A stretch of 64,000 nucleotides of DNA from a virus. The position numbers and the translations under genes were made by a program. The first letter of the stretch is position 1. Every line of letters starts with the position of its first letter. The stretch is taken from IMG/VR virus record IMGVR_UViG_3300003324_000465, positions 42,877 through 106,876 of that record, one strand, 5' to 3'. Below are positions 1-10,247 of the stretch, in pieces. Under the pieces are notes generated by a model. It searched no databases, was not told the DNA's origin, and saw nothing but the letters and a program-made list of their open reading frames with translations.

Positions 1-386
1 TTTGCTTTATATACATTATATTCATGCAACGGTTCTATGCCACAATAATAACAAGGTTGTATAATTAAATTTCTAAATTGTTCTTCATTTAAGCTAAATT
101 CTTGTTTCCTATTATTAGCTCTTGCTTTATATCCACGATAAATATGATTAAACGCTGCTACACCGTCTGGTTTACGATTGCGTGTAGAGGCATTTTTAGC
201 AGCTATTTCTTTAAGATAACAGCCACAACTAACAACATGACCACTAGTAACATTTATCGTTAATATTTCTTTTTCAATACCACATTCACAACGCCACATA
301 TGTTTAGAGCGTTTACTGTCCTCTATCAACTTCACAGCCGTTAAACGTCCAAACCTTTTACCTGTTAAGTCTTGTCTTTTCTTCAT
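1..386 (-). CDS. HNH-type homing endonuclease (runs off the left edge of the window)
   Basis: Hand translation MKKRQDLTGKRFGRLTAV...WRCECG...SCGC...QPCYYCG matches the common phage HNH endonuclease N-terminus; not in the ORF track because the stop lies outside the window. Confidence 0.75.
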   Translation of the reverse strand, partial: MKKRQDLTGKRFGRLTAVKLIEDSKRSKHMWRCECGIEKEILTINVTSGHVVSCGCYLKEIAAKNASTRNRKPDGVAAFNHIYRGYKARANNRKQEFSLNEEQFRNLIIQPCYYCGIEPLHEYNVYKA

Positions 387-449
387 ATAACATACCTCTA
401 ATTATAATGATAAATATAACCAGAAGTATACTACATAATATTTTAGTTG

Positions 450-710
450 TCAACTATCTGTATTATCATCTATCCTTTCAAACGACAACCATTGTCCAGC
501 CGCAAATGCTATTATAATTCCCTTATCATCATTAAAACTAAGTATACCATTATCACGAATAAATCCACTATATGCAAATATAGTAATTGTTGTTACTACC
601 GGGCCAATATTTGCATCATATGGTTTGTATAACGGCATACTTTGATATTCCGGCGCAACATTCGCTACGTCCTCTTGATTTACACGTACTAAGACATCAT
701 ATCTATTCAT
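450..710 (-). CDS. hypothetical protein
   Basis: ORF coupled to the methyltransferase, same strand as neighbours. Confidence 0.6.
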   Translation of the reverse strand: MNRYDVLVRVNQEDVANVAPEYQSMPLYKPYDANIGPVVTTITIFAYSGFIRDNGILSFNDDKGIIIAFAAGQWLSFERIDDNTDS

Positions 711-1434
711 TATTTCCTTTATCCTTTCTTGCTTTTTCTATACGTTGTTTTGCTATTTCAAAATATCCTGCGTCTTTTTCTATTCCTATAAAATGCCGCC
801 CCGTATTTATAGCTGCTATACCAGTTGTACCACTTCCCATAACAGGATCAAGTACAATATCGCCAGGATTTGTATAGGTACTTATCAAGTATTCTAAAAG
901 CGGTATTGGTTTCTGTGTAGGATGTACTTTACCAACTTGGCATGCATTACTTATGTTAAGAATATTTTTAGGGAAATAAAAATTGTTTGCAGTTTTAGAC
1001 GGTACTAAGCCATTATAGTTATCAGATGCACTACCGCCACCTTTAGTACGTACTTTATCGCGAACTTCCATTATAGGATAATATGCACATTGCGATGTAC
1101 CAAATACAAGAATATCTTCTGTAATTTGAAATGGGCGATATTTCGCATTAGCGAATCCAGCACTATTATTTTTATTCCATATCCATTTATATTTATACAT
1201 TGTAGGATTGCTTGCATAAAGCATATATTCAAACCCACTATTAGCAGTAAATATATATGGTGTGTGATTTTTACCCAGTCTTAATAATAGCGACCATAGT
1301 ATATCAAATGGTATTATTATATCCCATTTATTTGCAGTTTTTCCATATGGCAGATCAGCGAATATCATATCCGCTATGTTTTCTGGTAATGTAGATAATA
1401 TTTCTAGCGCATCTCCATTATATAGTTTGATCAA
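703..1434 (-). CDS. DNA N6-adenine/N4-cytosine methyltransferase (beta class)
   Basis: DLPY catalytic motif, HPTQKP, VLDPVMGSGTTG SAM-binding motif, FIGIE. Confidence 0.92.
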   Translation of the reverse strand: MIKLYNGDALEILSTLPENIADMIFADLPYGKTANKWDIIIPFDILWSLLLRLGKNHTPYIFTANSGFEYMLYASNPTMYKYKWIWNKNNSAGFANAKYRPFQITEDILVFGTSQCAYYPIMEVRDKVRTKGGGSASDNYNGLVPSKTANNFYFPKNILNISNACQVGKVHPTQKPIPLLEYLISTYTNPGDIVLDPVMGSGTTGIAAINTGRHFIGIEKDAGYFEIAKQRIEKARKDKGNNE

Positions 1435-1467
1435 TTAATTATCCTTTTTATAATAATGCGCGGGCAA

Positions 1468-1665
1468 TTATTCCATGTTACGAATATACCATAGATCAAA
1501 CATTGCCATAAGAACAATGCTTGCGTATGACACATCTGTTGAAGGCTTCATTATTGCTGCTATACTAAAAATAATAACGTTCGCTATAAACAGTAATATA
1601 AATTGACTGAAGATACGCGAGTTATGTTCTTCTATTAGTTTATTCATATATCCTTCCATATTCAA
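1468..1665 (-). CDS. small membrane protein
   Basis: Two hydrophobic segments; lies in the minus-strand operon. Confidence 0.5.
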   Translation of the reverse strand: MNMEGYMNKLIEEHNSRIFSQFILLFIANVIIFSIAAIMKPSTDVSYASIVLMAMFDLWYIRNME

Positions 1666-1999
1666 ATAGAAATTGTTCTAGTTTTTTTATTTTAGCGGGC
1701 GTGTATTTATTTTGTATCCGTAGAATGAATTGACCATCTGTGTATCCTGTTAATACTTCTAATATAATAAACGCCCGCGTTAATATATTTTGTATTTTTT
1801 CAGAGAGAAGCATACAGTGTAATGCTATTTCTTTTACTGTATATCCTTGTAAATACATGTCTAATATATGTATATCTCTACGTTGCAATAGTCTGTTTCT
1901 ATATGCTAGTTCAATTGCTTGTGATAAATCACTTCTTTCTTCTATTGATAAACGGTTAAGACTGTAATCTAAATATAATTCTTTAACGAGTCCTGCCAT
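1640..1999 (-). CDS. putative HTH protein (sigma-70 region 4-like)
   Basis: ILDMYLQGYTVKEIALH resembles a sigma region-4/LuxR HTH. Confidence 0.45.
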   Translation of the reverse strand: MAGLVKELYLDYSLNRLSIEERSDLSQAIELAYRNRLLQRRDIHILDMYLQGYTVKEIALHCMLLSEKIQNILTRAFIILEVLTGYTDGQFILRIQNKYTPAKIKKLEQFLFEYGRIYE

Positions 2000-2000
2000 G

Positions 2001-2792
2001 TTAATCTTCTATTATATCCTCTATTATATTTACCGGCGCTTTATCTGCATAGCATAGTGAATAAAAAGAACATTCTTTTATACATACATCATCTAACATC
2101 CTTCTTGGTGCAGTATTTATATCATTCTTAGTATTAATAAGCGCCTTTATTTCTCTTGTTAATTGTTCTAGTTTAAATTCATAATTATGAAATACATTTA
2201 CTTCTATCAATTTTCCAGTGCGTAAATGATTCCAATATATTTTCCCCGGCCTATATCCGTTGCTTATTTGAATATATGCCCATGCGTAAATAAGAAACTG
2301 AGGATCGTGATCAAGCTTATCTTGCGCTGGTACTCTATTTGATGATTTGTGATCTGCAAAATCACCTGATATATCTACAATATCAATAACTCCATCCATT
2401 AGCGCAATAGGCGTATCTTCATTAGGAAATGGTAAATTAAAGCGTAATTCTATGCTTGTAGGATTCCATCTATCAAAATCCATTTTCTTTAGCATATCTT
2501 TACCGTCTTTTAATGACTTAGCTAGATATTCTTCACCTTTTATCTGAACGCCTGCTTGCTCCCATTCCGCATATGTATTAAGCATGTATTCTTGAAATGT
2601 TAGTGTAGGATTTGCTTTCTCCTTATAATACATTTCAATAGCTTTATGTACTCCACTACCTAATAACGATGCAACGGTTTTTTCTTGATCCGGTCTGTCT
2701 TCCTTATGTAGTAGATATTTATAATAATGTTGTCTTTGGCACGTTCTAAATGTCTTTAATCGGGAAGCACTTATACGTATAAGTTCAGTCAT
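2001..2792 (-). CDS. PD-(D/E)XK nuclease (RecB/Cas4-like exonuclease)
   Basis: ISASRLKTFRTC, GSGVHKAIE, GVIDIVD..DHKS, QFLIY and C-terminal CxxCxFxxxC. Confidence 0.85.
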   Translation of the reverse strand: MTELIRISASRLKTFRTCQRQHYYKYLLHKEDRPDQEKTVASLLGSGVHKAIEMYYKEKANPTLTFQEYMLNTYAEWEQAGVQIKGEEYLAKSLKDGKDMLKKMDFDRWNPTSIELRFNLPFPNEDTPIALMDGVIDIVDISGDFADHKSSNRVPAQDKLDHDPQFLIYAWAYIQISNGYRPGKIYWNHLRTGKLIEVNVFHNYEFKLEQLTREIKALINTKNDINTAPRRMLDDVCIKECSFYSLCYADKAPVNIIEDIIED

Positions 2793-2847
2793 TAACGACT
2801 ACCTCTACAATATACTTTTGCTCTAGGTGTGTTTTTTGGTGTATATA

Positions 2848-3432
2848 TCATAAGTATCCTTTTGTTTGCTCATATTGTAACACATGCTGTACTATTTCAT
2901 GCGAATAATCTTGTAATAATTCAACTCCACGCTCTACTATCTTCTCTACTTGTTGCCAGTTATATGCGCGCAGTATATTTGCCTCTCTATTCCATGGTTG
3001 ATCAAATACAATACTAATACCTTCAAATTGTTCATGATTATGCAATCCGTCATCGATTAAAAAATCTCCCTGTACCCAATGTTTTATATGTCCACCAGCT
3101 ATCATAATTACATTGGGTATATGAGGAAACATTGTATTTAACCATTGTAAACTTGCTGTAGCGCCATTATGATGCGATATTGCAGTTACAAAAGCTAATT
3201 CATATCCTGTATTTATCCATTCTTGTGTAACTGCGATACTATTTTCAATAACATCCCCGCTAGAATATACAAAAGGATTAGCTAGATATTTATATATATC
3301 GTAACTCATCTCCCATGTGGTGAGCATATCCTTTGTTATTTGATTTTTTGGGTTAGCGGCATTATATAAAGATAGCCATGGTCCATGAAGATCATATACA
3401 GTATTGTCTTTATCTATGAGTATACGTATCAT
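2848..3432 (-). CDS. 5'(3')-deoxyribonucleotidase (HAD family)
   Basis: ILIDKDNTVYD, GDFLIDD, FDQPWN, RAYNW motifs. Confidence 0.85.
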   Translation of the reverse strand: MIRILIDKDNTVYDLHGPWLSLYNAANPKNQITKDMLTTWEMSYDIYKYLANPFVYSSGDVIENSIAVTQEWINTGYELAFVTAISHHNGATASLQWLNTMFPHIPNVIMIAGGHIKHWVQGDFLIDDGLHNHEQFEGISIVFDQPWNREANILRAYNWQQVEKIVERGVELLQDYSHEIVQHVLQYEQTKGYL

Positions 3433-3704
3433 TATATAACCTTTTTAATAGTTACATTATCACCAGACATTGTTACCCATTCGATCAACTCGTTTGCAAC
3501 TTCTTCTTGTTCTTCAGGAGATTTACATATCAAAGCTACTTGAGGCTCATTCATATTACCTAGAATAAAAACAATATATAAATTGTTCTGTATAAAATGT
3601 ATTACATCTTCCGCCGTTGTGAAATTTCTATATTCCGATTGATTAAATTCGCCTGGATGCGACTCGTTCAGAAACCTATATCCTTCAATTACTAGTATCA
3701 CCAT
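3432..3704 (-). CDS. hypothetical protein
   Basis: ORF with overlapping start/stop in the operon. Confidence 0.55.
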   Translation of the reverse strand: MVILVIEGYRFLNESHPGEFNQSEYRNFTTAEDVIHFIQNNLYIVFILGNMNEPQVALICKSPEEQEEVANELIEWVTMSGDNVTIKKVI

Positions 3705-3945
3705 TTTTATTATTTTCCTTTTCTAATTCAATAGACATTAAAACATGAATATATTCAGCAAGTGTTGTAGATAATACGATAAAACCATCTCTATCATTAC
3801 CAAATGAAAATACTACATACTGACCTAAGTTTTCTTTAGTATTTGTATATTCTATCAACTCTTCCAATGTGTTTATCTCTAAAGGCTCATATAAAAGATC
3901 ATAGCTACGATTTGCTGTATTAATCTTATATACATCAAACTTCAT
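3685..3945 (-). CDS. hypothetical protein
   Basis: ORF with overlapping start/stop in the operon. Confidence 0.55.
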   Translation of the reverse strand: MKFDVYKINTANRSYDLLYEPLEINTLEELIEYTNTKENLGQYVVFSFGNDRDGFIVLSTTLAEYIHVLMSIELEKENNKNGDTSN

Positions 3946-4337
3946 ATATCACATCCTTTTCCATATATACGAATATCCTTGATTCCATGTTTCTTGGCTC
4001 TTTGTATCATATCACACGTACCTATAGATTGTGGTAATGGGAATGCTAATACAACGTCAATATGATGTTCTTCATCTAATATTTGTTGATTCCTTATTGG
4101 TCCTGCACTATTACCATATATATCCCATTGCGCACCATAAGGTTTAATAGCAGCTATACGTAGCTGTCGTGCTACAAATGCTGCTATTTTATCTGCACCA
4201 CGTTGATCACCATGTACTAGACGTATTTTATTTAATGGTTTATCTTTTATTACATCTAATATCGCGGCGCGTATTATTTTGGCATCGCGCCAGTTTCTTG
4301 ACCCCGTTACAAGGATAGTATATACATTTATATCCAT
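3942..4337 (-). CDS. SLOG-family (YspA/DUF2493-like) protein
   Basis: ILVTGSRNW, LVHGDQRGAD, AGPIRNQQI, GTCDMIQRA. Confidence 0.85.
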   Translation of the reverse strand: MDINVYTILVTGSRNWRDAKIIRAAILDVIKDKPLNKIRLVHGDQRGADKIAAFVARQLRIAAIKPYGAQWDIYGNSAGPIRNQQILDEEHHIDVVLAFPLPQSIGTCDMIQRAKKHGIKDIRIYGKGCDI

Positions 4338-4353
4338 ACAATATGTATCCTTT

Positions 4354-4575
4354 TCACGAAAAAGGGATCTTTATAAGAAATTCTTTTGTACATGCCTCAC
4401 AGCAATAAAGAAATCCATGATGGAACATATTATTACATGCTTCATACCGTTCATCCTCAGTTAATATCGCCCCGCATTTATCACATATGCCTGTATCCCA
4501 TGATGCTCTACCAAATGCATAAACGCTATCTATAAACTTTCTTATATGCTTTATGTTAACACTAGCCATATACAT
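4354..4575 (-). CDS. small Zn-finger protein
   Basis: CDKCG and CEAC pairs. Confidence 0.5.
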   Translation of the reverse strand: MYMASVNIKHIRKFIDSVYAFGRASWDTGICDKCGAILTEDERYEACNNMFHHGFLYCCEACTKEFLIKIPFS

Positions 4576-4585
4576 ATAACTCCTG

Positions 4586-4819
4586 CTACAATTCTCTTAT
4601 ATGAGCTGATAATATTTTTAATGCTTGTACTATATTACCCGGTATATCTCCTTCTAATTGCTTACTTACTTCAGATACATAGTCACCAGCGGTATTCATA
4701 CATGCTTTACGTAAATCAGTCAATCTTTCCGCTATATAATTTGTACCATCAAACACATTCATAGTCATAACATTCTGATACATAGCAAAAGCTAATCGTT
4801 GTAATGCCTTATCATCCAT
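4586..4819 (-). CDS. hypothetical protein
   Basis: ORF with AAGGA SD. Confidence 0.55.
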   Translation of the reverse strand: MDDKALQRLAFAMYQNVMTMNVFDGTNYIAERLTDLRKACMNTAGDYVSEVSKQLEGDIPGNIVQALKILSAHIREL

Positions 4820-4833
4820 TATACGATCCTTTC

Positions 4834-5199
4834 TTACAATTCATATTGTAATTTCATACGATATATTGCAGATGTAAACATGGTTTTTCGATATTCTAGT
4901 AATTTTAATTGCATTTCTGCTTCTGCTAATTGCGCTTGTATTTCTAATAAATCCCCGCGCAATGCATTAGTAGCTTGTAATTTAGCTTTCTTCGTTTCAT
5001 TACTACGCGGTCTATCCATCTCTATCGTAATTGCATCTTCAGCATCGGCTATATCACGCTTCTTTCGTATTTCTTGAGCCTTTAATTTACCTACTAGCTC
5101 ATACGCATTAGATACGTCAAAAAAATCAGGTATTTTATTAAGCCATGGATCAAGATGTTTTTTGAGTATTTCATCTGCTGTTAATGTATCACCAAACAT
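4834..5199 (-). CDS. hypothetical coiled-coil protein
   Basis: Heptad-rich sequence; near recA. Confidence 0.55.
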   Translation of the reverse strand: MFGDTLTADEILKKHLDPWLNKIPDFFDVSNAYELVGKLKAQEIRKKRDIADAEDAITIEMDRPRSNETKKAKLQATNALRGDLLEIQAQLAEAEMQLKLLEYRKTMFTSAIYRMKLQYEL

Positions 5200-5202
5200 A
5201 TG

Positions 5203-5634
5203 CTATACCTTCTTACCACTATCATATCCTGCTTTAAATGCCTTTGCTTCCTTTGTATTAAATCTATTATCGTTTTTATCAATAGTATACCGATGTAATG
5301 ATTGTGATGCTAATTTCTTTTTCCATGCAATATAATCTAAATATGCTCCTTTCCAATCCTCCATATAATATTCCCGCGCAATATAAGGGAAAAGCGATTC
5401 AAGTAATCCGTAAAGATGAATACTATCTTCCTTTAATTCATATGCTTTTGGTTTGAATACTATTTCTGTGTCATCTAGAAGATGTATTTTTACAGATGTG
5501 TGTAATTTTCCCGCTACTGAATTGGACCATGAAAAATCTGTGTATGTATCCCTATAAGCTTCTAATTCCCATACTATTGCATTGACTGGCTGCTTATCTA
5601 TATACAGTTGTTTTTGATTATGTTGCTTCGCCAT
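5203..5634 (-). CDS. hypothetical protein
   Basis: ORF coupled to recA. Confidence 0.6.
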   Translation of the reverse strand: MAKQHNQKQLYIDKQPVNAIVWELEAYRDTYTDFSWSNSVAGKLHTSVKIHLLDDTEIVFKPKAYELKEDSIHLYGLLESLFPYIAREYYMEDWKGAYLDYIAWKKKLASQSLHRYTIDKNDNRFNTKEAKAFKAGYDSGKKV

Positions 5635-6607
5635 TATTCCATATCTCCATTACTCTATCCTTAATCTCCTCAATAGGAAAGGTATCAATAGCTTTCTTCA
5701 TACCTTGAGCCTTCATATCTTTATATTCTATCCATGTTGTACCAGTAATGATACCAGCGTCCTGTGCTAGTGTCAATATATGCCGGGCTATATCCGGCCC
5801 TTGTCCAAAAACAATATCAAATTCTGTCTGTTTTGCTTCTGGCCCAAACTTAGTTTTTTCAATAAATGCTTTTATTGTAGTACGTGTCTCTGTGTTCTTT
5901 GTTCGTTCTAGTGCAATGGTTGCTTTTATCCAGTTTTGAATACTCATAGCACCATAGGGTTTAAGCTCTTTAATAGCCATGGGTGATATGTTTTTGCGCC
6001 ATTGGTTAATCACAATGAGTAAAGCATTAGCAATATCCGTAAGTGCAAGAGATCGTTTTAAAAAACGCTGAATTGCTTTTGCTTCCGCGCCAATTTTTTC
6101 ATTATCCATGTTTGATTTATCTTCTTCGGATTGTGCTACTACGCCTGCTATACTATCTACAATGATAAATTGTAATCCTTCTGCTAGTAATGCTTCTGCG
6201 AAGTCAAAAGACTGTTCGGCATATTCTGTTTCGATCAGTAATAACTTATCTATATCTACACCTAACTTTTGCGCATATACGGGATCGAAACTGCGTTCAA
6301 AATCTATATAAGCTGCATTTATTATGCGCGTCTCTTTTTTATTTATAGGTATTTCTATTTCTTTAATACCTGACTTCTGTGCATTAGCTAGATAATCAAG
6401 TGCTATCGTTGTTTTGCCACGTTTTTCTTTTGCTATTAGTTGTACTATACTTCCGCCAGGAATACCTTTACCTTTATTATCTGCTATTGCGTAATTCAAA
6501 CCAATTAAGCTACTAGGAAAATAATGTCTTTCTTTTTGTTCATTACCTAAGCGGATATAATCATTATTCTCTAATAATAGTTTAGCTAATGTCTGTTTAT
6601 TTGCCAT
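5618..6607 (-). CDS. recA: RecA/UvsX-like recombinase
   Basis: GIPGGSIVQL, Walker A AKEKRGKTT, YIDFERSFDPVYAQKLGVD, IIVDSIA, INQWR; likely start MANKQ. Confidence 0.9.
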   Translation of the reverse strand: MANKQTLAKLLLENNDYIRLGNEQKERHYFPSSLIGLNYAIADNKGKGIPGGSIVQLIAKEKRGKTTIALDYLANAQKSGIKEIEIPINKKETRIINAAYIDFERSFDPVYAQKLGVDIDKLLLIETEYAEQSFDFAEALLAEGLQFIIVDSIAGVVAQSEEDKSNMDNEKIGAEAKAIQRFLKRSLALTDIANALLIVINQWRKNISPMAIKELKPYGAMSIQNWIKATIALERTKNTETRTTIKAFIEKTKFGPEAKQTEFDIVFGQGPDIARHILTLAQDAGIITGTTWIEYKDMKAQGMKKAIDTFPIEEIKDRVMEIWNNGEAT

Positions 6608-6825
6608 TTTTGATCCTTTTATCAAGATTAAACAATAATATAATAAATACTAAAAATAAATAGCCCGATCCACAGAGTCCAGCTATACTTAAGATACTTA
6701 TTATAAACATCATTAAAAGGTTAAAAAAAAACATTATTTATTTTTCCTTTGTAGTATCCAATGAATAATAGCCGCGCAGATTATGAGTGCTATCATTGCA
6801 TATTCCGGTTTCATAACAAAAGCTC

Positions 6826-8841
6826 CTATTTATCATATCTGCGTGAAATTTTAGGACTAACCGATAATCCTTCATACTTGCCTATATCATTAGCTACCAA
6901 AGGTAATGTCTCAGAAATAGCCTGTTCCATACTTTGTTTTATAATACATGTTGCTTCACGTAAATATTCTCTCGTGGATTCTACTACAATCTCGTCATGA
7001 ACAGGAATGATCATACGTGCTTGTGAACGATCAAGACGTTCCCATATCAATTCGATTGCGCGTTTTGTCATTGTAGCCGATGTAGCTTGGATAGGCATAT
7101 TCATTGCTTCGCGCATTGCTGCTAGTTTACGCCATTTATCGCTACGAACTTCATTAAGATTCCATTGACGCCTTCTTCCCCAAACATCCGTTACATATCC
7201 TTCAAGAATAGCTTTATCAGCATTTCCATGGAGATATGCCTTTGTTTGTGGAAATAGTTTAAACCATTCCTCTATAAGCGCATCACCTTCTTGCTGAGTA
7301 ATTCTAAATCCTTCTGATGCAAGCATGATATTCATTGTTTCCGCAATATTCCGTCCCGTAGTACCATATGCAATACCATAGGATAACACTTTTGCAGCAT
7401 CTCTCCATAGATTATAAGGATGCTTCTTTTTATTGCGCGCATTTATTTCTTTGTTATGCAATACTTCTTGCGTTACATACGTATGCACATCTCCACGCAA
7501 AATTTGATCCATGAGATGAGTATCACCGCTGTTAACTGCTAAAATAACAAGCTCAATACCACTATAGTCAGATATAATCAGTCTACGCCCTTCCGGTGCT
7601 TCAATTGCCTTACGTAAAGAATATTCGCCTAATCCTAACAGCTTTAGCTTTTTATCACTGGGTAGATTCTGTAAATTAGGCTGTGTACTACTATATCTAC
7701 CTGTAGCAGCAGCACCGTAAGTGTTAAGATTACAATGTACTCTGTTTGTTGTTGTGTTAATTGCTTCAATGATACCCACTACATACGTTGAAAACAATTT
7801 GCGCGCACCCTTTAGAAAAGTAAGCGCACGTAATATTTTATTGTCTAACAATAAATAAATATCCAGAGCATCCGCTACATCTTCGTCTTCTATAAGATCA
7901 TGGTAATCAATTTCCCATTTTTTAATCTTGTGCTTCTTGTAAAGTTGCTGCATATCCCAGCGTTGTACTTTTTTCGCACTCAGAGATGGAACGTCAATAC
8001 CAATTTTATGTAACGCTTCAAGTACCTGATCACGAGAATCACTGTTTAGCGCGTAATAGCCCTCTTTTGTGAATGTGATTCGATCTGCCGCTCCATACTC
8101 AATAAATAAATCCTGTACTGCTTTGTCTGCTGTACGAATGAAACGCTCGAATGGGGCTATTAACTGTTCTAGTACATTACGATTAAAGTATACACCTGTA
8201 TATTCCATCATTGCAGTAGGAGCTAGTATATTCATTTCAAGTCGATATATACGCTCTAGCTGTAATTCATGGACTATCTTCATTTGCTGTTCCATAATAA
8301 GTACAGGATATACTGCATCCATCGCAGAGTATTCTAACTGTTCTTTGCTAAATACTGTATCTGGAGTCCATTCAGTAAATGATAAGCGTATTTCTTTCTC
8401 AACATCTATTTGCAAATAACGATAAATTAAATCCTTTAATCCATAACGTAACTTTTCATTATCAATAAACTGCAATCCTGCGTTAATCATACGATCAACA
8501 ATCATTGTATCATGAATATTTACCATTTCAATACGATTACCCTTTGAGGCATGATACAATATTTTATATTCTATTGTTGAGTTATGCGCTACTTTTACAA
8601 CGGCAGGATTTTCTAATAAAGGCTTTAATACATTTAATACACGTTTTACTGATAATTGTGTTACATCTACCACATATGCTGTCTTACCATCATACAATGA
8701 TATAAGTAGTAATGTAGCATCATGTATTGCTAATGTAGTAAACTCAGTATCAATGCCGATAATAGTTGCGTGCGCTATATTTGAGATCATATGCTGTAAT
8801 TGAGCTTCAGTAGAAACTATCTCAATATCTGGTTGAATCAT
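6826..8841 (-). CDS. polA: DNA polymerase family A with 3'-5' exonuclease domain
   Basis: GIDTE exonuclease I motif, TGRYSSTQPNLQN, motif A DYSGIEL, motif B RDAAKVLSYGIAYG, motif C VHDE. Confidence 0.95.
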   Translation of the reverse strand: MIQPDIEIVSTEAQLQHMISNIAHATIIGIDTEFTTLAIHDATLLLISLYDGKTAYVVDVTQLSVKRVLNVLKPLLENPAVVKVAHNSTIEYKILYHASKGNRIEMVNIHDTMIVDRMINAGLQFIDNEKLRYGLKDLIYRYLQIDVEKEIRLSFTEWTPDTVFSKEQLEYSAMDAVYPVLIMEQQMKIVHELQLERIYRLEMNILAPTAMMEYTGVYFNRNVLEQLIAPFERFIRTADKAVQDLFIEYGAADRITFTKEGYYALNSDSRDQVLEALHKIGIDVPSLSAKKVQRWDMQQLYKKHKIKKWEIDYHDLIEDEDVADALDIYLLLDNKILRALTFLKGARKLFSTYVVGIIEAINTTTNRVHCNLNTYGAAATGRYSSTQPNLQNLPSDKKLKLLGLGEYSLRKAIEAPEGRRLIISDYSGIELVILAVNSGDTHLMDQILRGDVHTYVTQEVLHNKEINARNKKKHPYNLWRDAAKVLSYGIAYGTTGRNIAETMNIMLASEGFRITQQEGDALIEEWFKLFPQTKAYLHGNADKAILEGYVTDVWGRRRQWNLNEVRSDKWRKLAAMREAMNMPIQATSATMTKRAIELIWERLDRSQARMIIPVHDEIVVESTREYLREATCIIKQSMEQAISETLPLVANDIGKYEGLSVSPKISRRYDK

Positions 8842-8853
8842 ATAACGCTCCTG

Positions 8854-9195
8854 TTATTCTACTGCTTTTATCCTTACTATTGTTTCACCTATTGTTAATT
8901 GAAACCCGCCTACAACAGCAGCTATCTGCGTATCTTCCATAATAAATAATAATTCGCCAGCATCAGTATAGATCATGAACGCATTAGGAGTATAATAAGA
9001 ACCTTCTGTGTTTTGACGCTTTTCTATAGGCGGTTTAATTTTAGACGTTTTTATTAGCTCAATATTATGTATTGTAATAGGAAAGCAAAATTTATCAAAT
9101 TGTAACAGCATCGATTTATATATCCATGGTTCTATTACTTTAGCATATATTTCATATGATGTTTGCAATAGTTGCTTTTTTGTAGGCGGCTTCAT
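8854..9195 (-). CDS. hypothetical protein
   Basis: ORF in the replication operon. Confidence 0.55.
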   Translation of the reverse strand: MKPPTKKQLLQTSYEIYAKVIEPWIYKSMLLQFDKFCFPITIHNIELIKTSKIKPPIEKRQNTEGSYYTPNAFMIYTDAGELLFIMEDTQIAAVVGGFQLTIGETIVRIKAVE

Positions 9196-9854
9196 TATAC
9201 ATCCTCTATAATATCTCTAAATTGTTGCATGGACATTATAATATAATTACCTAAAGGCATAGTAATTTGCATTGCCTTCATACCTTGTATTGATGTCATA
9301 TTACAATCAATAAACGTGCGCGAGGTACCATATCCTAAAATAGTACGACCATGTTTGTTTAGACTAATATCAACGCTTATAGGCAATTCTAGCATCTGTT
9401 CTAATATATCACTATATTTATTCTTGAAACGGTCAATAAGAACATGCTTTATATCCTCAGAACGCATAAATACATAATATCCTTGTGTTCTAAAAAAATG
9501 AATAACAAGGATTCCAAATTTACCATTCATTGCAATAGTATCATCATATAATTTCTGAAACCATTTCTGATACAGTATTACGGTACTCTCATTACGCGCA
9601 TTAACACCAGACGATGATTTACATTCTATAATAAGCTTGCCGGGATTATTTATGAATTGTATTTCTCCATCACCCTTATAGCCCTTAAAAGCACCTGAGC
9701 CAATCATACGTCTGCCATTAAGATACTTTGCTACATGATATTCAAGCGCATTGCCACGGCGTTTATTTGTCTTCGCTTGTAACGCTTTAGCACTCTTATG
9801 CTGCGCTTCACTTGTTAATGGAATATCTTTCTTAACTTTCCTTAGCTTCCTCAT
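9195..9854 (-). CDS. Holliday junction resolvase-like nuclease (Hjc type)
   Basis: RRGNALEYHVA, GSGAFKGYKGD, IIECK. Confidence 0.75.
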   Translation of the reverse strand: MRKLRKVKKDIPLTSEAQHKSAKALQAKTNKRRGNALEYHVAKYLNGRRMIGSGAFKGYKGDGEIQFINNPGKLIIECKSSSGVNARNESTVILYQKWFQKLYDDTIAMNGKFGILVIHFFRTQGYYVFMRSEDIKHVLIDRFKNKYSDILEQMLELPISVDISLNKHGRTILGYGTSRTFIDCNMTSIQGMKAMQITMPLGNYIIMSMQQFRDIIEDV

Positions 9855-10245
9855 CTATACGCACTTCCTTGTAAATCGGTTCGTTACCTTCTGGTTTTAC
9901 TACTCTCTCATGCGCTGGTAACACTGATTCTGGTACTTTTGCACCATCTGACATTATCGGCGGCGATATATCAGTTGCTACTATCTGTCCTGTATCATTG
10001 TCATGTACATACTGTTTTGTATTTGTAGGGAATGCATCAGCTAAACGTTCTTCTGATGATTTTATGTGATCTTTGTCTTCTACTATCTTTTGTTCAAATG
10101 GATCATTATATTCTTGTTTTGGATAAACCTGTACTCTTACCGAAGTGTCTTTTATAAATATTCGTTTAAAAAATTTCATATTTTCTATACTCCCTAATAA
10201 GTCTTTTTGATATTTACGCAATAATATATCATATAAATTTGTCAT
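9832..10245 (-). CDS. hypothetical protein
   Basis: ORF in the replication operon. Confidence 0.55.
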   Translation of the reverse strand: MTNLYDILLRKYQKDLLGSIENMKFFKRIFIKDTSVRVQVYPKQEYNDPFEQKIVEDKDHIKSSEERLADAFPTNTKQYVHDNDTGQIVATDISPPIMSDGAKVPESVLPAHERVVKPEGNEPIYKEVRIDEEAKES

Positions 10246-10247
10246 AT

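Noticed and set aside
2001-2792. Cas4-like nuclease as part of CRISPR-Cas
   Set aside because: No other cas genes or array; stand-alone PD-(D/E)XK nucleases are common in phage replication modules
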